Source of the DNA: Myxococcota bacterium
GTDB lineage: Bacteria; Myxococcota_A; UBA796; UBA2385
NCBI GenBank assembly: GCA_044344255.1
Contig: JBIJDH010000003.1
Coordinates: 480,001-544,000 of the forward strand
Reading direction: 5' to 3'
Length of the DNA stretch: 64,000 bases
Under the pieces are notes generated by a model, which made no database searches, was not told where the DNA came from, and saw only the letters and a program-made list of their open reading frames with translations. The position numbers and the translations under genes were made by a program. Of the stretch, positions 37,798 to 47,117 are shown one piece after another (the first letter of the stretch is position 1; every line of letters begins with the position of its first letter).

Positions 37798-37813
37798 TGC
37801 TCATCTGTACAGC
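37797..37813. promoter_or_regulatory. Putative LexA operator (SOS box) abutting the dinB start codon
   Basis: Plus strand CTGCTCATCTGTACAGC: CTG-N10-CAG geometry and 15/17 match to the Myxococcus xanthus consensus CTRHAMRYBYGTTCAGS as I recall it. Confidence 0.65.
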
Positions 37814-37853
37814 GCTGCGGCCGGGCTGTCCAGCGGGGCCGGCGGGGGCCCGA

Positions 37854-39734
37854 TCAGGGGCAGCGGTACAGGCCGACCCGGCGACTCGAGAGGTGGAGAT
37901 CGAGATCGAGCCGCCCGTCGAGCAGGGCGCCGCGCCAGAGCTGGCAGCCCTCGACCGAACAGCCGCCGTCGGCGAGGCAGCTGAGGCCAACGTAGCGGAG
38001 GTCCCCCTCTGAGAGGGACCAGCGGGCCGGGCCGAGGGCGCCCATGACGTCGGTGAAGGCGCTGGCGCGGTGCGGGCGGGGATCGACCTGGACGACCGAC
38101 TCGGCGGGGAGAGCTCGGGCCGCGGCCCGAAGGAACTGCCACTCCTGCGTCTGCACCCAGGGTGAGATCCGGAGCGAGGGCAGCAGGGTGAGCAGGCTGG
38201 CGGGGAGGGCCCAGGCGGGCAGCGCGGTGAGGCCGATCCCTGCGAGGGCGAGCCACGGCGCTTGGGCGGAGAGCTGCAGGCGAAGGGCATCGACCAGCGG
38301 CGAGACCTTGGTCGCGACCGGCAGGGTCGTGAGCGCCGCCCAGAGCAGCCAAGGTGTCAGCTCCGATCGCTGGTGTCGGGCGAGGCGCGCGAGCCCGAAG
38401 AGGGTGAGGCCGCCCAGCACTGGCGGGGTGAGGCCGGCGTGCCAGAAGAGCTGAAAGGACGACGCTGGCCCGGCCGCACCGAGGCGCGGGAGCAGCAGCT
38501 CCCAGCCGGGCGCCCGAAGCAGCCCACCACCGCCGGGATCGGCCCCGAGCGTGAGCACCCGCCAGACGAAGAGCCCGCCGAGCAGCGCGCCGCCGAGGAG
38601 CATGCCTCGCCAGGGCAGGGGAGCGGGCTCTGCCGCAGACCGACGGCGGAGGGCGAACCAGAGCGGAGGCAGGATCGCGAAGGGCAGGGCGTCAGGCCGG
38701 ATGTGCAGGGCCATCCCCGCGGCGAGGGCGGCGAGCGCGGCCTCCCGCGCCCGACCCTCGCGGGCGAAGGCGTCGGCGGCCAGGAGCGCGATGAGCTCGA
38801 AGGTGACCACGCTCACGTGCAGGGTCTCCGAGCGGGCCACGCCGATGTGGCTCGGTAGCAGCGCGAAGAAGAGACCCGCCGCGAGGCCGGCCCGCCCGCC
38901 GGCCGAACGCCGCACCAGGGCGGCGAGCAGCGGGGGCGCGAGCGAGGAGAGGAGCAGGTTCATCCCGAAGACGCTGTCGGGCCAGCGAGGCAGGCCGCCC
39001 ATCAGCGCGGGCCAGCCGGCCCCGTTGGGGCTGTCGGTGTCGAAGCGCGCCGCGGCGAGCTTCTCGTAGCCGGCGAGGGCGCCGTTCACGAGGCCCTCGG
39101 GGGAGAGCGCGAGCCGGACCAAGAAGGCGGTGGCGCCGACGAGCAGGAGGGTGCGATCGAGCCGCGCGGCGCGGAGCCCGAGCAGGCCGATGAGCAGCAG
39201 CGCCAGGCGGAGCACCGCGGTTCCGGGGCGCAGGCGAGGCGGCTCGAGGGTGGGGCGGCCCTCTGCTCGTCCGGGCGCGGGGGCGCCCGGTCCGTCGGTG
39301 GGTGTCGCCGGGCCACCCTCGGCGGGGCGGGCTCGGAGCTGCGGCGGTCGCTCGGTGAGGCGCCGACAGAGCGGCTCCATGCCTGCGCGCCCGTCCTCTC
39401 CCGAGAGGTCTCCCCGGGGGAAGATCGTGAGCCCGGCGGCCTCGCAGAGCCCGCCCGCGCCGGTGGTCAGCTCTGCTACCGCCTCGCCGCCGCCCGGCTG
39501 TCGGAGCCAGTAACGCTGGTACTCGGGGTGAAGCTCGACGCGGGTGACCACCGCCCCATCCAGCACCTCTCCGGCCTCGGCCAAGGTGTCCGCGGGGGTC
39601 GCTGGGGTCGCTGCGGGCGCGGCGACCGCCACGGTCGAGAGGTGGGCCGCCAGCAGCAGCCCGGGGCAGAGCAGCGCGCCGGGACGGAGGCCCCCCCGGG
39701 CGGTCGGAGCGCCGCGCGAGGGCCGGTCCCTCAG
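37854..39734 (-). CDS. Membrane protein with an exported N-terminal domain and a GT-C-like polytopic core
   Basis: Signal-peptide-like N-terminus, about 10 TMs, RSETLH and IRPDA motifs as in PMT/ArnT-like proteins. Start either GTG 39632 or CTG 39734 overlapping the upstream TGA. Confidence 0.55.
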   Translation of the reverse strand: MRDRPSRGAPTARGGLRPGALLCPGLLLAAHLSTVAVAAPAATPATPADTLAEAGEVLDGAVVTRVELHPEYQRYWLRQPGGGEAVAELTTGAGGLCEAAGLTIFPRGDLSGEDGRAGMEPLCRRLTERPPQLRARPAEGGPATPTDGPGAPAPGRAEGRPTLEPPRLRPGTAVLRLALLLIGLLGLRAARLDRTLLLVGATAFLVRLALSPEGLVNGALAGYEKLAAARFDTDSPNGAGWPALMGGLPRWPDSVFGMNLLLSSLAPPLLAALVRRSAGGRAGLAAGLFFALLPSHIGVARSETLHVSVVTFELIALLAADAFAREGRAREAALAALAAGMALHIRPDALPFAILPPLWFALRRRSAAEPAPLPWRGMLLGGALLGGLFVWRVLTLGADPGGGGLLRAPGWELLLPRLGAAGPASSFQLFWHAGLTPPVLGGLTLFGLARLARHQRSELTPWLLWAALTTLPVATKVSPLVDALRLQLSAQAPWLALAGIGLTALPAWALPASLLTLLPSLRISPWVQTQEWQFLRAAARALPAESVVQVDPRPHRASAFTDVMGALGPARWSLSEGDLRYVGLSCLADGGCSVEGCQLWRGALLDGRLDLDLHLSSRRVGLYRCP

Positions 39735-41605
39735 AGGCCGCCGCCGTAGAAGAGCACGATCTCGCCGCCGCCGTAGCTCCCGATCGCGATGTCTGGGTAG
39801 CCGTCCTTGTCGTAGTCGCCGCCGGTGTGGGTGTCGATCGAGAGGTACTCCCCATCGGTGGTGCCCGCCATGACGGCGTCCGCGGCGGTGATGTCCTGTG
39901 CGCCGATCGCGGGCCCGTACCAGAGCAGCGAGGCCCCGGCCTGGGCGGCGGTGGTGGAGTCGGCGAGCGGCATCCCGATGACGAGGTCGCTGTAGCCGTC
40001 GAGGTCGAGGTCAGCGTCGATCGAGGCCTCGAAGCCGAGGTAGTAGCCGTACGTGTCGGGGCTGCCGACGTAGAAGATGGCGTCGATGTCTCGGACGCCG
40101 AGGTCTCCCGTGAGCGGGCCGAGGAAGAGGCGGGCCGAGCCGCCCTTCCACGTCGAGGACTCGTAGTCGCCCACCAGCACGTCATCGTAGCCGTCTGCGT
40201 TCACGTCACCGGCGGCGCCGATGGAGTAGCCGAAGGCCGAGCCGCTCTCCCCGCTGATCGTGGCGTCGGCGTCGAGGTCTTCGTAGACGCCCGAGAGCTT
40301 GCCCTGGAAGAGGTAGACCTTCGGCGTGGAGGTGCCGTAGGAGCCATAGGTGTCCGAGACCCAGAGGTCTTCCACGCCGTCGGCGTCCATGTCGCCGCCG
40401 CGGGTCACGATGGAGCCGAAGTACCCGGTGCTGGAGCTGCCGATGATCGCGAGGTCAGCGAGGCTGGCGATGTCGGCCACCGCGGAGTTGAGGGGGCCCG
40501 AGACGCCCCAGACGGTCGGGGTGCCCGAGGCGCTGCCAGCGCTGTCCCCGAGGAGGAGATCGACGTCGCCGTCGTTGTTGTAGTCGAACGAGGTGTGAGA
40601 GTGGGTGAAGTCGGCGTAAGCGAGGGCGTCGTCGATCCGCGCGTAGGCCGAGCTCGTGGTGCTCGTGCCGGAGAGGGGGCCGTCGAAGATGAAGACGCGC
40701 GACTGGGTGTCGGCCACGACGAGATCGTCGTAGCCGTCCCCGGTGAGGTCGCGGCTTCCGAAGACCTGGTTGCCGAAGGTCGTGGCGGTGGTCGTGCTGC
40801 TCGGCAAGGTCAGGCGAGCGCTGTAGTCGGTGGTGGCGTCGAGGCGGGCGCCCCGCGTGAGGCCCTCGTAGACGTACACGGCGCCGTGGGCGAGGGTGGA
40901 GGTGGCGAGGTTGACGTCAGACGTGATGAGATCGTCGCGACCATCGCTGTCGAGGTCGGCGTGGCTGATCCAGACGCCGAAGCCGCCGCTGTCGCCGCCG
41001 GTGATTGACGCGCCGGCGTCGGAGTCTGCGAGGAGACCCGTCAACGGCCGGCAGCCGTTCGCCGAGCCGTCGCAGTCATTGTCGAAGCCGTCGCCGCAGA
41101 CCTCGGAGGCTCCCGGGTGGACGTCGGCCTCACTGTCGTCGCAGTCATCGCCGTTGGTGGCGGTGCCGGCGGGCGCGGTGCAGCCAGTGGCCTCGGTGTA
41201 GGGGTCGCCGAAGTCGTCGCCGTCGCGGTCTTCGAACCAGGTTGTGATGTCTACCGGCTCGTCGTCGTCGTTGATCTTGCCGTCACAGTCTTCGTCGACC
41301 TCGGCGGCGTCACACAGCTCGTCGGCGCCGGGGTGGACGTCGGGGTCGGTGTCGTCGCAGTCACCTTCAGCGACGCTGTAGCCGTCCTCGTCGGCGTCGT
41401 CGGGGCTGCCGTCTGCGCCGTCTGTACCGTCGGCGCCGTCCGAACCTCCGCTGTCTCCGGTGGGATCGCTGGTGTCGTCGCCGCCGGTGCCGTCACCGCC
41501 GCCCTGGCAGCCCGAGGGGAGGTCTTCGCAGGTCTCGTCGATCTTCGCCGTGGAGAACAGGTGGCAGCCCCCGAGGGCGACCAGCAGCAGGGGGATGGCG
41601 GACAC
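39731..41605 (-). CDS. Lipoprotein with MopE-like Cys/Asp repeats and an FG-GAP (integrin-alpha-like) beta-propeller
   Basis: Lipobox LGGC; two DCDD..VHPGA.E.C...D.DCDG repeats; about 7 repeats such as DLDSDGRDDLI, DVNADGYDDVLVG, DYDKDGYPDIAIG. Confidence 0.88.
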   Translation of the reverse strand: MSAIPLLLVALGGCHLFSTAKIDETCEDLPSGCQGGGDGTGGDDTSDPTGDSGGSDGADGTDGADGSPDDADEDGYSVAEGDCDDTDPDVHPGADELCDAAEVDEDCDGKINDDDEPVDITTWFEDRDGDDFGDPYTEATGCTAPAGTATNGDDCDDSEADVHPGASEVCGDGFDNDCDGSANGCRPLTGLLADSDAGASITGGDSGGFGVWISHADLDSDGRDDLITSDVNLATSTLAHGAVYVYEGLTRGARLDATTDYSARLTLPSSTTTATTFGNQVFGSRDLTGDGYDDLVVADTQSRVFIFDGPLSGTSTTSSAYARIDDALAYADFTHSHTSFDYNNDGDVDLLLGDSAGSASGTPTVWGVSGPLNSAVADIASLADLAIIGSSSTGYFGSIVTRGGDMDADGVEDLWVSDTYGSYGTSTPKVYLFQGKLSGVYEDLDADATISGESGSAFGYSIGAAGDVNADGYDDVLVGDYESSTWKGGSARLFLGPLTGDLGVRDIDAIFYVGSPDTYGYYLGFEASIDADLDLDGYSDLVIGMPLADSTTAAQAGASLLWYGPAIGAQDITAADAVMAGTTDGEYLSIDTHTGGDYDKDGYPDIAIGSYGGGEIVLFYGGGL

Positions 41606-41738
41606 GGTGCGGACCTCGGTTTGGGCGGAGCGCCGGACGGCGGCTGCGACCCAACTCGCACTATATAGCGGCCCGGGGGCCCGTCGATCTCGACCTGGGG
41701 TGGCCGGACGACGGGTTCGAACCGAAGCGGGGGATGCG

Positions 41739-43325
41739 ATGGGCGACGAGAGCGGCGAGCGCCAGGGCGACAGGGGCGACAGGGGTGACAGGGGCGGCGG
41801 AGGGTCGGGGCTCGAAGGGGCGGAGGCGCCTCGACCGCCCGCTTGGCGGTGGAGGGACCTCCCGACCGGCTTCGTGATCGATGACTCTCCGGTGGCCCCG
41901 GCGCCGCCTGGGCTTGAGGCGGCCTTGGGCCGAGCGCTCGAGGCGATGGTCGCCCTGGAGGCCGGGGCGGTGGCGAACCCCGACGAGGGGCGGCAGGTCG
42001 GCCACTACTGGCTCCGCAGCCCGGAGCTCGCCCCCGACAACCTGGGAGCGGAGATCGAGGCGGTGTGGGCGCGGCTCGAGGACCTCGAGCGAGGACCCCA
42101 CGAGGACCTGCTGCTCATCGGCATCGGGGGCTCGGCCTTGGGCCCGCAGCTCCTCGCCCACGCCCTCGCCCGTCGGGGCGACCCCATGCGCCTCCACTTC
42201 CTGGACAACACCGATCCCGAGGGAATCTCCACGGTCCTCGACGGCCTCGACCCTCGGCGCACGCTCGTGCTCGTGGTCTCCAAGAGCGGGGGTACTGTTG
42301 AGACACACAACGGGATGCTCGCCGCGATGGCGCGCTGGGCCGCCGCAGGGGAGCCCTTCGAGCCGCACGCCATCGCGATCACGATGGAGGGCTCCGTCCT
42401 CGACCGCCTCGCCTCCGGCGCCTCCGGGACCCCCCCGTGGCGAGATCGGCTCCCCCTCTGGGACTGGGTCGGCGGCCGGACGAGCCTCTGCTCGGCGGTA
42501 GGCCTGCTGCCGATGGCGCTCTGCGGCTGGGACTGGCGCGCCTTCATCGCCGGCGCCCGCGAGATGGACGCGCTCGGTCGGCAGGCTCTGGTGCAGAACC
42601 CGGCGGCTCGGCTGGCGGCGGCCTGGTACCGCGAGGGGCGAGGGCGCGGGGAGCGGAACCTCGTGATCGAGCCGTATCGCGACCGCTTCCTCCTCCTCGG
42701 CCGCTACCTGCAGCAGCTCGTGATGGAGTCGATCGGCAAGGAGCTCGATCGAGAGGGCCGAACGGTCCACCAGGGGCTCCTCGTGTACGGCAACAAGGGA
42801 TCGACCGACCAGCACGCATTCATCCAACAGGTGCGCGACGGTCGCGACGACAGCCTCGTGATCTTCGTCGAGACCGACGAGTGCGGTCCGGAGCTGCGGG
42901 TCGGGCCGGACCTCCTCGCAGGAGACCACCTGCTCGGCTTCCTGTACGGCACGCGCGCCGCGCTGGAGGAGGCCGGTCGGCCGAGCCTCACCCTCCAGGT
43001 GCCGGACGTCAGCGCCCGGAGCCTCGGGATGCTCGTCGCGCTCTTTGAGCGGGCTGTGGGTATCTACGCCGAGCTCGTGGGCATAAACGCCTATCACCAA
43101 CCCGGGGTGGAGGCCGGTAAGAAGGGCGCAAAGCGGATCGTCGCCGCCCTCGGACAGCTGCAGGAGCTCCTCGGTGAGGATCTGCGTGAGACGGACTTCT
43201 TCGCTCGGTCGACCGGGCTGGAGGTGGGCCTCGCGTGGCGGCTCCTCAGCCACCTCGTCGCCACCGGGCGGGCGCGGTCGCTCCGATCCGCCGAGTGGGC
43301 CGAGGATCGATTCTCTCGAGCTTGA
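41739..43325 (+). CDS. pgi: Glucose-6-phosphate isomerase
   Basis: NPDEGRQVGHYWLR, GIGGSALG, SKSGGT, DWVGGRTS, QQLVMESIGK, STDQH, QPGVEAGK. Start ATG 41739. Confidence 0.95.
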   Translation: MGDESGERQGDRGDRGDRGGGGSGLEGAEAPRPPAWRWRDLPTGFVIDDSPVAPAPPGLEAALGRALEAMVALEAGAVANPDEGRQVGHYWLRSPELAPDNLGAEIEAVWARLEDLERGPHEDLLLIGIGGSALGPQLLAHALARRGDPMRLHFLDNTDPEGISTVLDGLDPRRTLVLVVSKSGGTVETHNGMLAAMARWAAAGEPFEPHAIAITMEGSVLDRLASGASGTPPWRDRLPLWDWVGGRTSLCSAVGLLPMALCGWDWRAFIAGAREMDALGRQALVQNPAARLAAAWYREGRGRGERNLVIEPYRDRFLLLGRYLQQLVMESIGKELDREGRTVHQGLLVYGNKGSTDQHAFIQQVRDGRDDSLVIFVETDECGPELRVGPDLLAGDHLLGFLYGTRAALEEAGRPSLTLQVPDVSARSLGMLVALFERAVGIYAELVGINAYHQPGVEAGKKGAKRIVAALGQLQELLGEDLRETDFFARSTGLEVGLAWRLLSHLVATGRARSLRSAEWAEDRFSRA

Positions 43326-43524
43326 ACCGCGATCTGGCGAAGCTGTCGCCCATCCGTTGCTTGCCATCGACCGGGCGGAGGGGGTATCGGGCGGCGCCGG
43401 CGGGCGGGCCCGCTGGGACTTGATCGTTCGCGCCCATTCTCCCCCACTCGATCGCCGCCGTCCTCGCCCACTTCGTGGCGTTCGTCCTCGCTGGGCCGGC
43501 CCCAGCGACAGCCAGGAGTCTCCC

Positions 43525-45711
43525 ATGTCGAACCCTCGCGTCCAGGCCCTCCGCACCGCCACCGAGCGCCCCGTGCGTGCCTTCCAGCGCCCCTCCGGCC
43601 CGGATGGTCAGCCGTTGCCCTTTCAGGCCTACTTCGGCCAGAACACCTTCCGGCTCGAAGACATGCAGGCCCACCTCCCTGCCAAGGTGGTGCGGCGCTT
43701 CCGCGAGACGATCGAGCACGGGCACAAGCTCGACGTCGAGCTCGCCAACCACATCGCGCGCGCCGTCCTCGACTGGGCCACGGCCCGTGGCGTGAGCCAC
43801 TACTGTCATTGGTTCCAGCCGCTCACTGGCTCGACCGCTGAGAAGCACGACTCCTTCATCGCCTTTGACGATGGGCGTCCGATCGCCAAGTTCTCGGGCG
43901 CGATGCTCATCCAGTCGGAGCCGGACGCGAGCTCCTTCCCCTCCGGCGGGATGCGCAGCACCTTCGAAGCCCGCGGGTACACCGCCTGGGACCCCACCTC
44001 TCCCATGTTCATCATGGAGCGGACGAACGGAGCCACGCTCTGTATTCCGAGCGTGTTCATCAGTTATCATGGCGCGGCCCTCGACAACAAGACGCCGCTC
44101 CTGCGCTCGATGGAGGCCATCAACACGGCTGGCGTGCGCCTCGCCCACGCCCTGGGTGACGAAGACGTCACCCGGATCACCCCCACCGCGGGTCCCGAGC
44201 AGGAGTACTTCCTGGTCGACAAGGCCTGGGTGGCCCTGCGCCCCGATCTTCACATCTGCGGCCGCAGCCTGCACGGCGCCCCCGCTCCGAAGGGCCAGAC
44301 CCTCGAAGACCACTACTTCGGCTCGATCCCGGGCCGAGTGCTCGCGTTCATGCAAGAGGTTGACACCGAGCTGTACAAGCTCGGGGTGCCGGCCAAGACC
44401 CGCCACAATGAGGTGGCGCCGTGTCAGTTCGAGATCGCCATCCTCTACGGAGAGGCGAACGTCGCTGCGGACCACAACCAGCTCGTGATGGAGATCCTCC
44501 GCCGGGTGGCCGACCGCCACGGCTTCGTCGCGCTCCTTCACGAGAAGCCCTTCGCCGGCGTCAACGGCTCCGGGAAGCACCTCAACTGGTCGATGTCGGA
44601 CAACCTCGGGCGCAACCTGCTCGAGCCGGGCGACAACCCGCACCAGAACCTGCGCTTCCTCGCCTACCTTTCCGCTACGGTGCTGGGCGTGTGGCGCTAC
44701 GGTGGCCTCCTTCGGGCCTCGATCGCCACGCACGGCAACGACTTTCGCCTCGGCGCGAACGAAGCCCCCCCCGCGATCATGAGCGCCTTCCTCGGCGACC
44801 AGCTCTCTCGTGTCGCCGACGCGCTGGCCAACGGCACTGTCCCCGAGGACGATCCGAACGCCGCCATGATCCAGCTCGGCGTCAGCCGTCTCCCGGAGGT
44901 GTCGCGGGACAACACCGACCGCAACCGCACGAGCCCCTTCGCCTTCACCGGCAACAAGTTCGAGTTCCGGGCGGTGGGCTCCAACATGTCGGTGTCGTTC
45001 CCCGCTGCGGTGTTGAACACGGTGGTCGCGGACGGGATGCGGGAGCTGGCGGAGCTCGTCGCGCACCATGGCGGAGGCAGCCAGGGCGCGCTGCGCGCGG
45101 TGGAGGAGGCCCTCCGGATGAGCGCAGCCATCCGCTTCGAGGGCAACAACTACAGCGCCGAGTGGGTGGTTGAGGCCGAGCGGCGCGGGCTGCCCAACCT
45201 CCGCACCGCCCCAGCCGCGCTCGAGGTGCTCAAGTCTGCCGAGATCGAGGCCCTCTTCGAGCGACAGGGTGTGCTTCGCCGAGATGAGCTCGAGAGCCGC
45301 TACCACATCCACCTCGAGCGGTACATCACCACCGTGGATATTGAGTGCGACCTGCTCTGCGAGGTGGTTGACCTCACCGTCATCCCCGCCGCGCTCGCGG
45401 AGCGTGGCGCCCTCGCCGCCGACGTGGCCGGACTCCGGGCGGCCGGAGTGGAGCCGAGCGCGGCCGATCTCGAGGCCCTCCGCGGCTTCGGGGCCCTCCT
45501 CGATGCGCTGCGGGAGGCCCGTAAGGAGCTCGACCGGGTCAACCTGGAGTCGGCCGAGCTCCACGGAGCGCCGCGCGCAGCCGCCTACGCCGCCGGTCGG
45601 GTGCCCGCGCTGGCCCGGCTCCGGGGTGTGGTGGATCAAGTCGAAGCGCGGGTCGCCGACCACCGTTGGCCGCTGCCCCGCTACCGCGAGATGCTGTTCC
45701 AGAACGGCTGA
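43525..45711 (+). CDS. glnN: Glutamine synthetase type III
   Basis: HWFQPLTG, AEKHDSF, EPDASSFPSGG, FEARGYTAWD, HEKPFAGVNGSGKH, DRNRTSPFAFTGNKFEFR. AGGAG RBS before ATG 43525. Confidence 0.95.
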   Translation: MSNPRVQALRTATERPVRAFQRPSGPDGQPLPFQAYFGQNTFRLEDMQAHLPAKVVRRFRETIEHGHKLDVELANHIARAVLDWATARGVSHYCHWFQPLTGSTAEKHDSFIAFDDGRPIAKFSGAMLIQSEPDASSFPSGGMRSTFEARGYTAWDPTSPMFIMERTNGATLCIPSVFISYHGAALDNKTPLLRSMEAINTAGVRLAHALGDEDVTRITPTAGPEQEYFLVDKAWVALRPDLHICGRSLHGAPAPKGQTLEDHYFGSIPGRVLAFMQEVDTELYKLGVPAKTRHNEVAPCQFEIAILYGEANVAADHNQLVMEILRRVADRHGFVALLHEKPFAGVNGSGKHLNWSMSDNLGRNLLEPGDNPHQNLRFLAYLSATVLGVWRYGGLLRASIATHGNDFRLGANEAPPAIMSAFLGDQLSRVADALANGTVPEDDPNAAMIQLGVSRLPEVSRDNTDRNRTSPFAFTGNKFEFRAVGSNMSVSFPAAVLNTVVADGMRELAELVAHHGGGSQGALRAVEEALRMSAAIRFEGNNYSAEWVVEAERRGLPNLRTAPAALEVLKSAEIEALFERQGVLRRDELESRYHIHLERYITTVDIECDLLCEVVDLTVIPAALAERGALAADVAGLRAAGVEPSAADLEALRGFGALLDALREARKELDRVNLESAELHGAPRAAAYAAGRVPALARLRGVVDQVEARVADHRWPLPRYREMLFQNG

Positions 45712-45770
45712 GCGGGGTGGCCCTCCGGGGCACGTCGCAGGATTCTCGACAAGTAGTCTGGATCCTGCCA

Positions 45771-45799
45771 TTGCTCCGCCGCAGTCCGTGGGGTACCCT
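45771..45799 (+). promoter_or_regulatory. Putative sigma70-type promoter
   Basis: TTGCTC-N17-TACCCT upstream of a GGAG RBS and ATG 45826. Confidence 0.45.
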
Positions 45800-45825
45800 C
45801 GCCGCCTCTTTCGCTGGAGTCCCCC

Positions 45826-46089
45826 ATGGCTGACGGTGGTAGCAACAAGGGCAAGTTCGTAGCGGGCTGCTCCTGTCTCTCGGTTGTCTTCTTTCTCTTC
45901 CTGATCATGTTCATTCAGTTCGGGTTGAGCATCGTCGTCGAGCAGGTGCCGGACATCGCGGTGGCCGCCTCGGTCATCTCTGGGGTGGGCGCTTACATCT
46001 CGTACTCGTGCTGCTGCTTGAGCGGCGTGGGCATGGTCATCGGCATCGTGATGCTGGCCATGGGCGGCAAGAAGGAAGCGGAGGCCTAG
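45826..46089 (+). CDS. Small Cys-containing membrane protein (87 aa)
   Basis: GGAG RBS, 2-3 hydrophobic helices, CSC and CCC motifs; fills the gap between glnN and the kinase gene. Confidence 0.75.
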   Translation: MADGGSNKGKFVAGCSCLSVVFFLFLIMFIQFGLSIVVEQVPDIAVAASVISGVGAYISYSCCCLSGVGMVIGIVMLAMGGKKEAEA

Positions 46090-46094
46090 TCTGG

Positions 46095-47117
46095 ATGCGG
46101 ACGCCCGATGAGGCCCTCGCTGCCTGGGGAGACCCTGGCCCCGTGCTGGACTGTGCGGACGCGGGCCTCATCAACCGCACCTGGCTGGTCGGCGAGCCCA
46201 CGCGCGCCGTCCTCCAGTGGTTGAACCCGATCTTCTCGCCGCTCGTGAACGGGGAGATCGGCGCGCTCACCCGGCGCCTCGCCGAGCGCGGCCTCCTCAC
46301 CCCCCGGCTGATCCCGACGGCGTTGGGCTGGGAGTGGTTGACGGATGACGTAGGGTCCTGGCGCCTGTTGAGCTTCGTCCCTGGCCGAACGCTCCACCGC
46401 GCCACGGGGCTCGCGCAGCTCGAGAGCGCGGGGCGGTTGGTGGGGCGCTTCCATGCCGCCCTCGCCGACTGGGCGCATGTGCGCTCGGCCCCCCGGCGTG
46501 ACATTCACGACACCCCTCGGCGCATGGCCGATCTCGAGGCCGCCTTCGGAGGGGCAGAGGCCCATCCGCTGTACGCGGAGGCGCGCGTCCTGGCCGAACA
46601 GGTCCTCGGCGACTGGGCGCGCTGGGACGGCCAGCTCGACGGCCCCGAGCGGATCTGTCATGGAGACCTCAAGCTCTCCAACTTGCGTTTTGACGAGGCC
46701 GGACATGAGGCCATCTGCCTGCTCGACCTCGACACTGTGGGCCCGATGGCGCTGTCTTGTGAGCTCGGTGACGCTTGGCGGAGCTGGTGCAACCCCGCGG
46801 GGGAGGACGATCCCGAAGCGGTGACCTTCTCGGTGGAGGTCTTCGCGGCCAGCGCACGCGGTTTTCTCTCGGCCGCTCCGCCGATGTCAGCCGGGGAGAA
46901 GGCGAGCCTGATCCCCGGGATCGAGCGGATCTGCCTTGAGCTCGCCGGTCGCTTCTGCGCCGACGCGGTGCGGAACACGTACTTCCGCGAGGATCGCGGG
47001 CGCTTCCCGGCCCCGGGCGCCCACAACTTGCGCCGCGCCCAGAGTCAGCTCGCGCTGGCCCGCCGCGCCCGCGCCGCCCGGTCGGCCTGCGAGGACGTCT
47101 TCGCGACCCTCCCCTGA
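46095..47117 (+). CDS. Aminoglycoside-phosphotransferase-fold kinase (N-acetylhexosamine kinase-like)
   Basis: GLINRTW, LQWLN, Brenner motif HGDLKLSN, LLDLDT. ATG 46095 lies 5 nt after the upstream stop. Confidence 0.85.
   Translation: MRTPDEALAAWGDPGPVLDCADAGLINRTWLVGEPTRAVLQWLNPIFSPLVNGEIGALTRRLAERGLLTPRLIPTALGWEWLTDDVGSWRLLSFVPGRTLHRATGLAQLESAGRLVGRFHAALADWAHVRSAPRRDIHDTPRRMADLEAAFGGAEAHPLYAEARVLAEQVLGDWARWDGQLDGPERICHGDLKLSNLRFDEAGHEAICLLDLDTVGPMALSCELGDAWRSWCNPAGEDDPEAVTFSVEVFAASARGFLSAAPPMSAGEKASLIPGIERICLELAGRFCADAVRNTYFREDRGRFPAPGAHNLRRAQSQLALARRARAARSACEDVFATLP

Noticed and set aside
18700..39800. Envelope cluster as a mobile genomic island
   Set aside because: No integrase, transposase, tRNA anchor, flanking direct repeats or obvious compositional shift seen by eye.
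41705..41730. GGTTCGAA as a tRNA T-loop
   Set aside because: The T-stem does not pair and there is no acceptor stem or cloverleaf.
43420..43500. Glutamine (glnA) riboswitch upstream of GSIII
   Set aside because: ATCGTTC resembles the 5' end, but the GGAAGTA core and complementary 3' strand are absent.
46095..47117. Aminoglycoside resistance gene
   Set aside because: APH fold only; motifs and context fit the broad sugar/choline-kinase-like group, with no mobile context.
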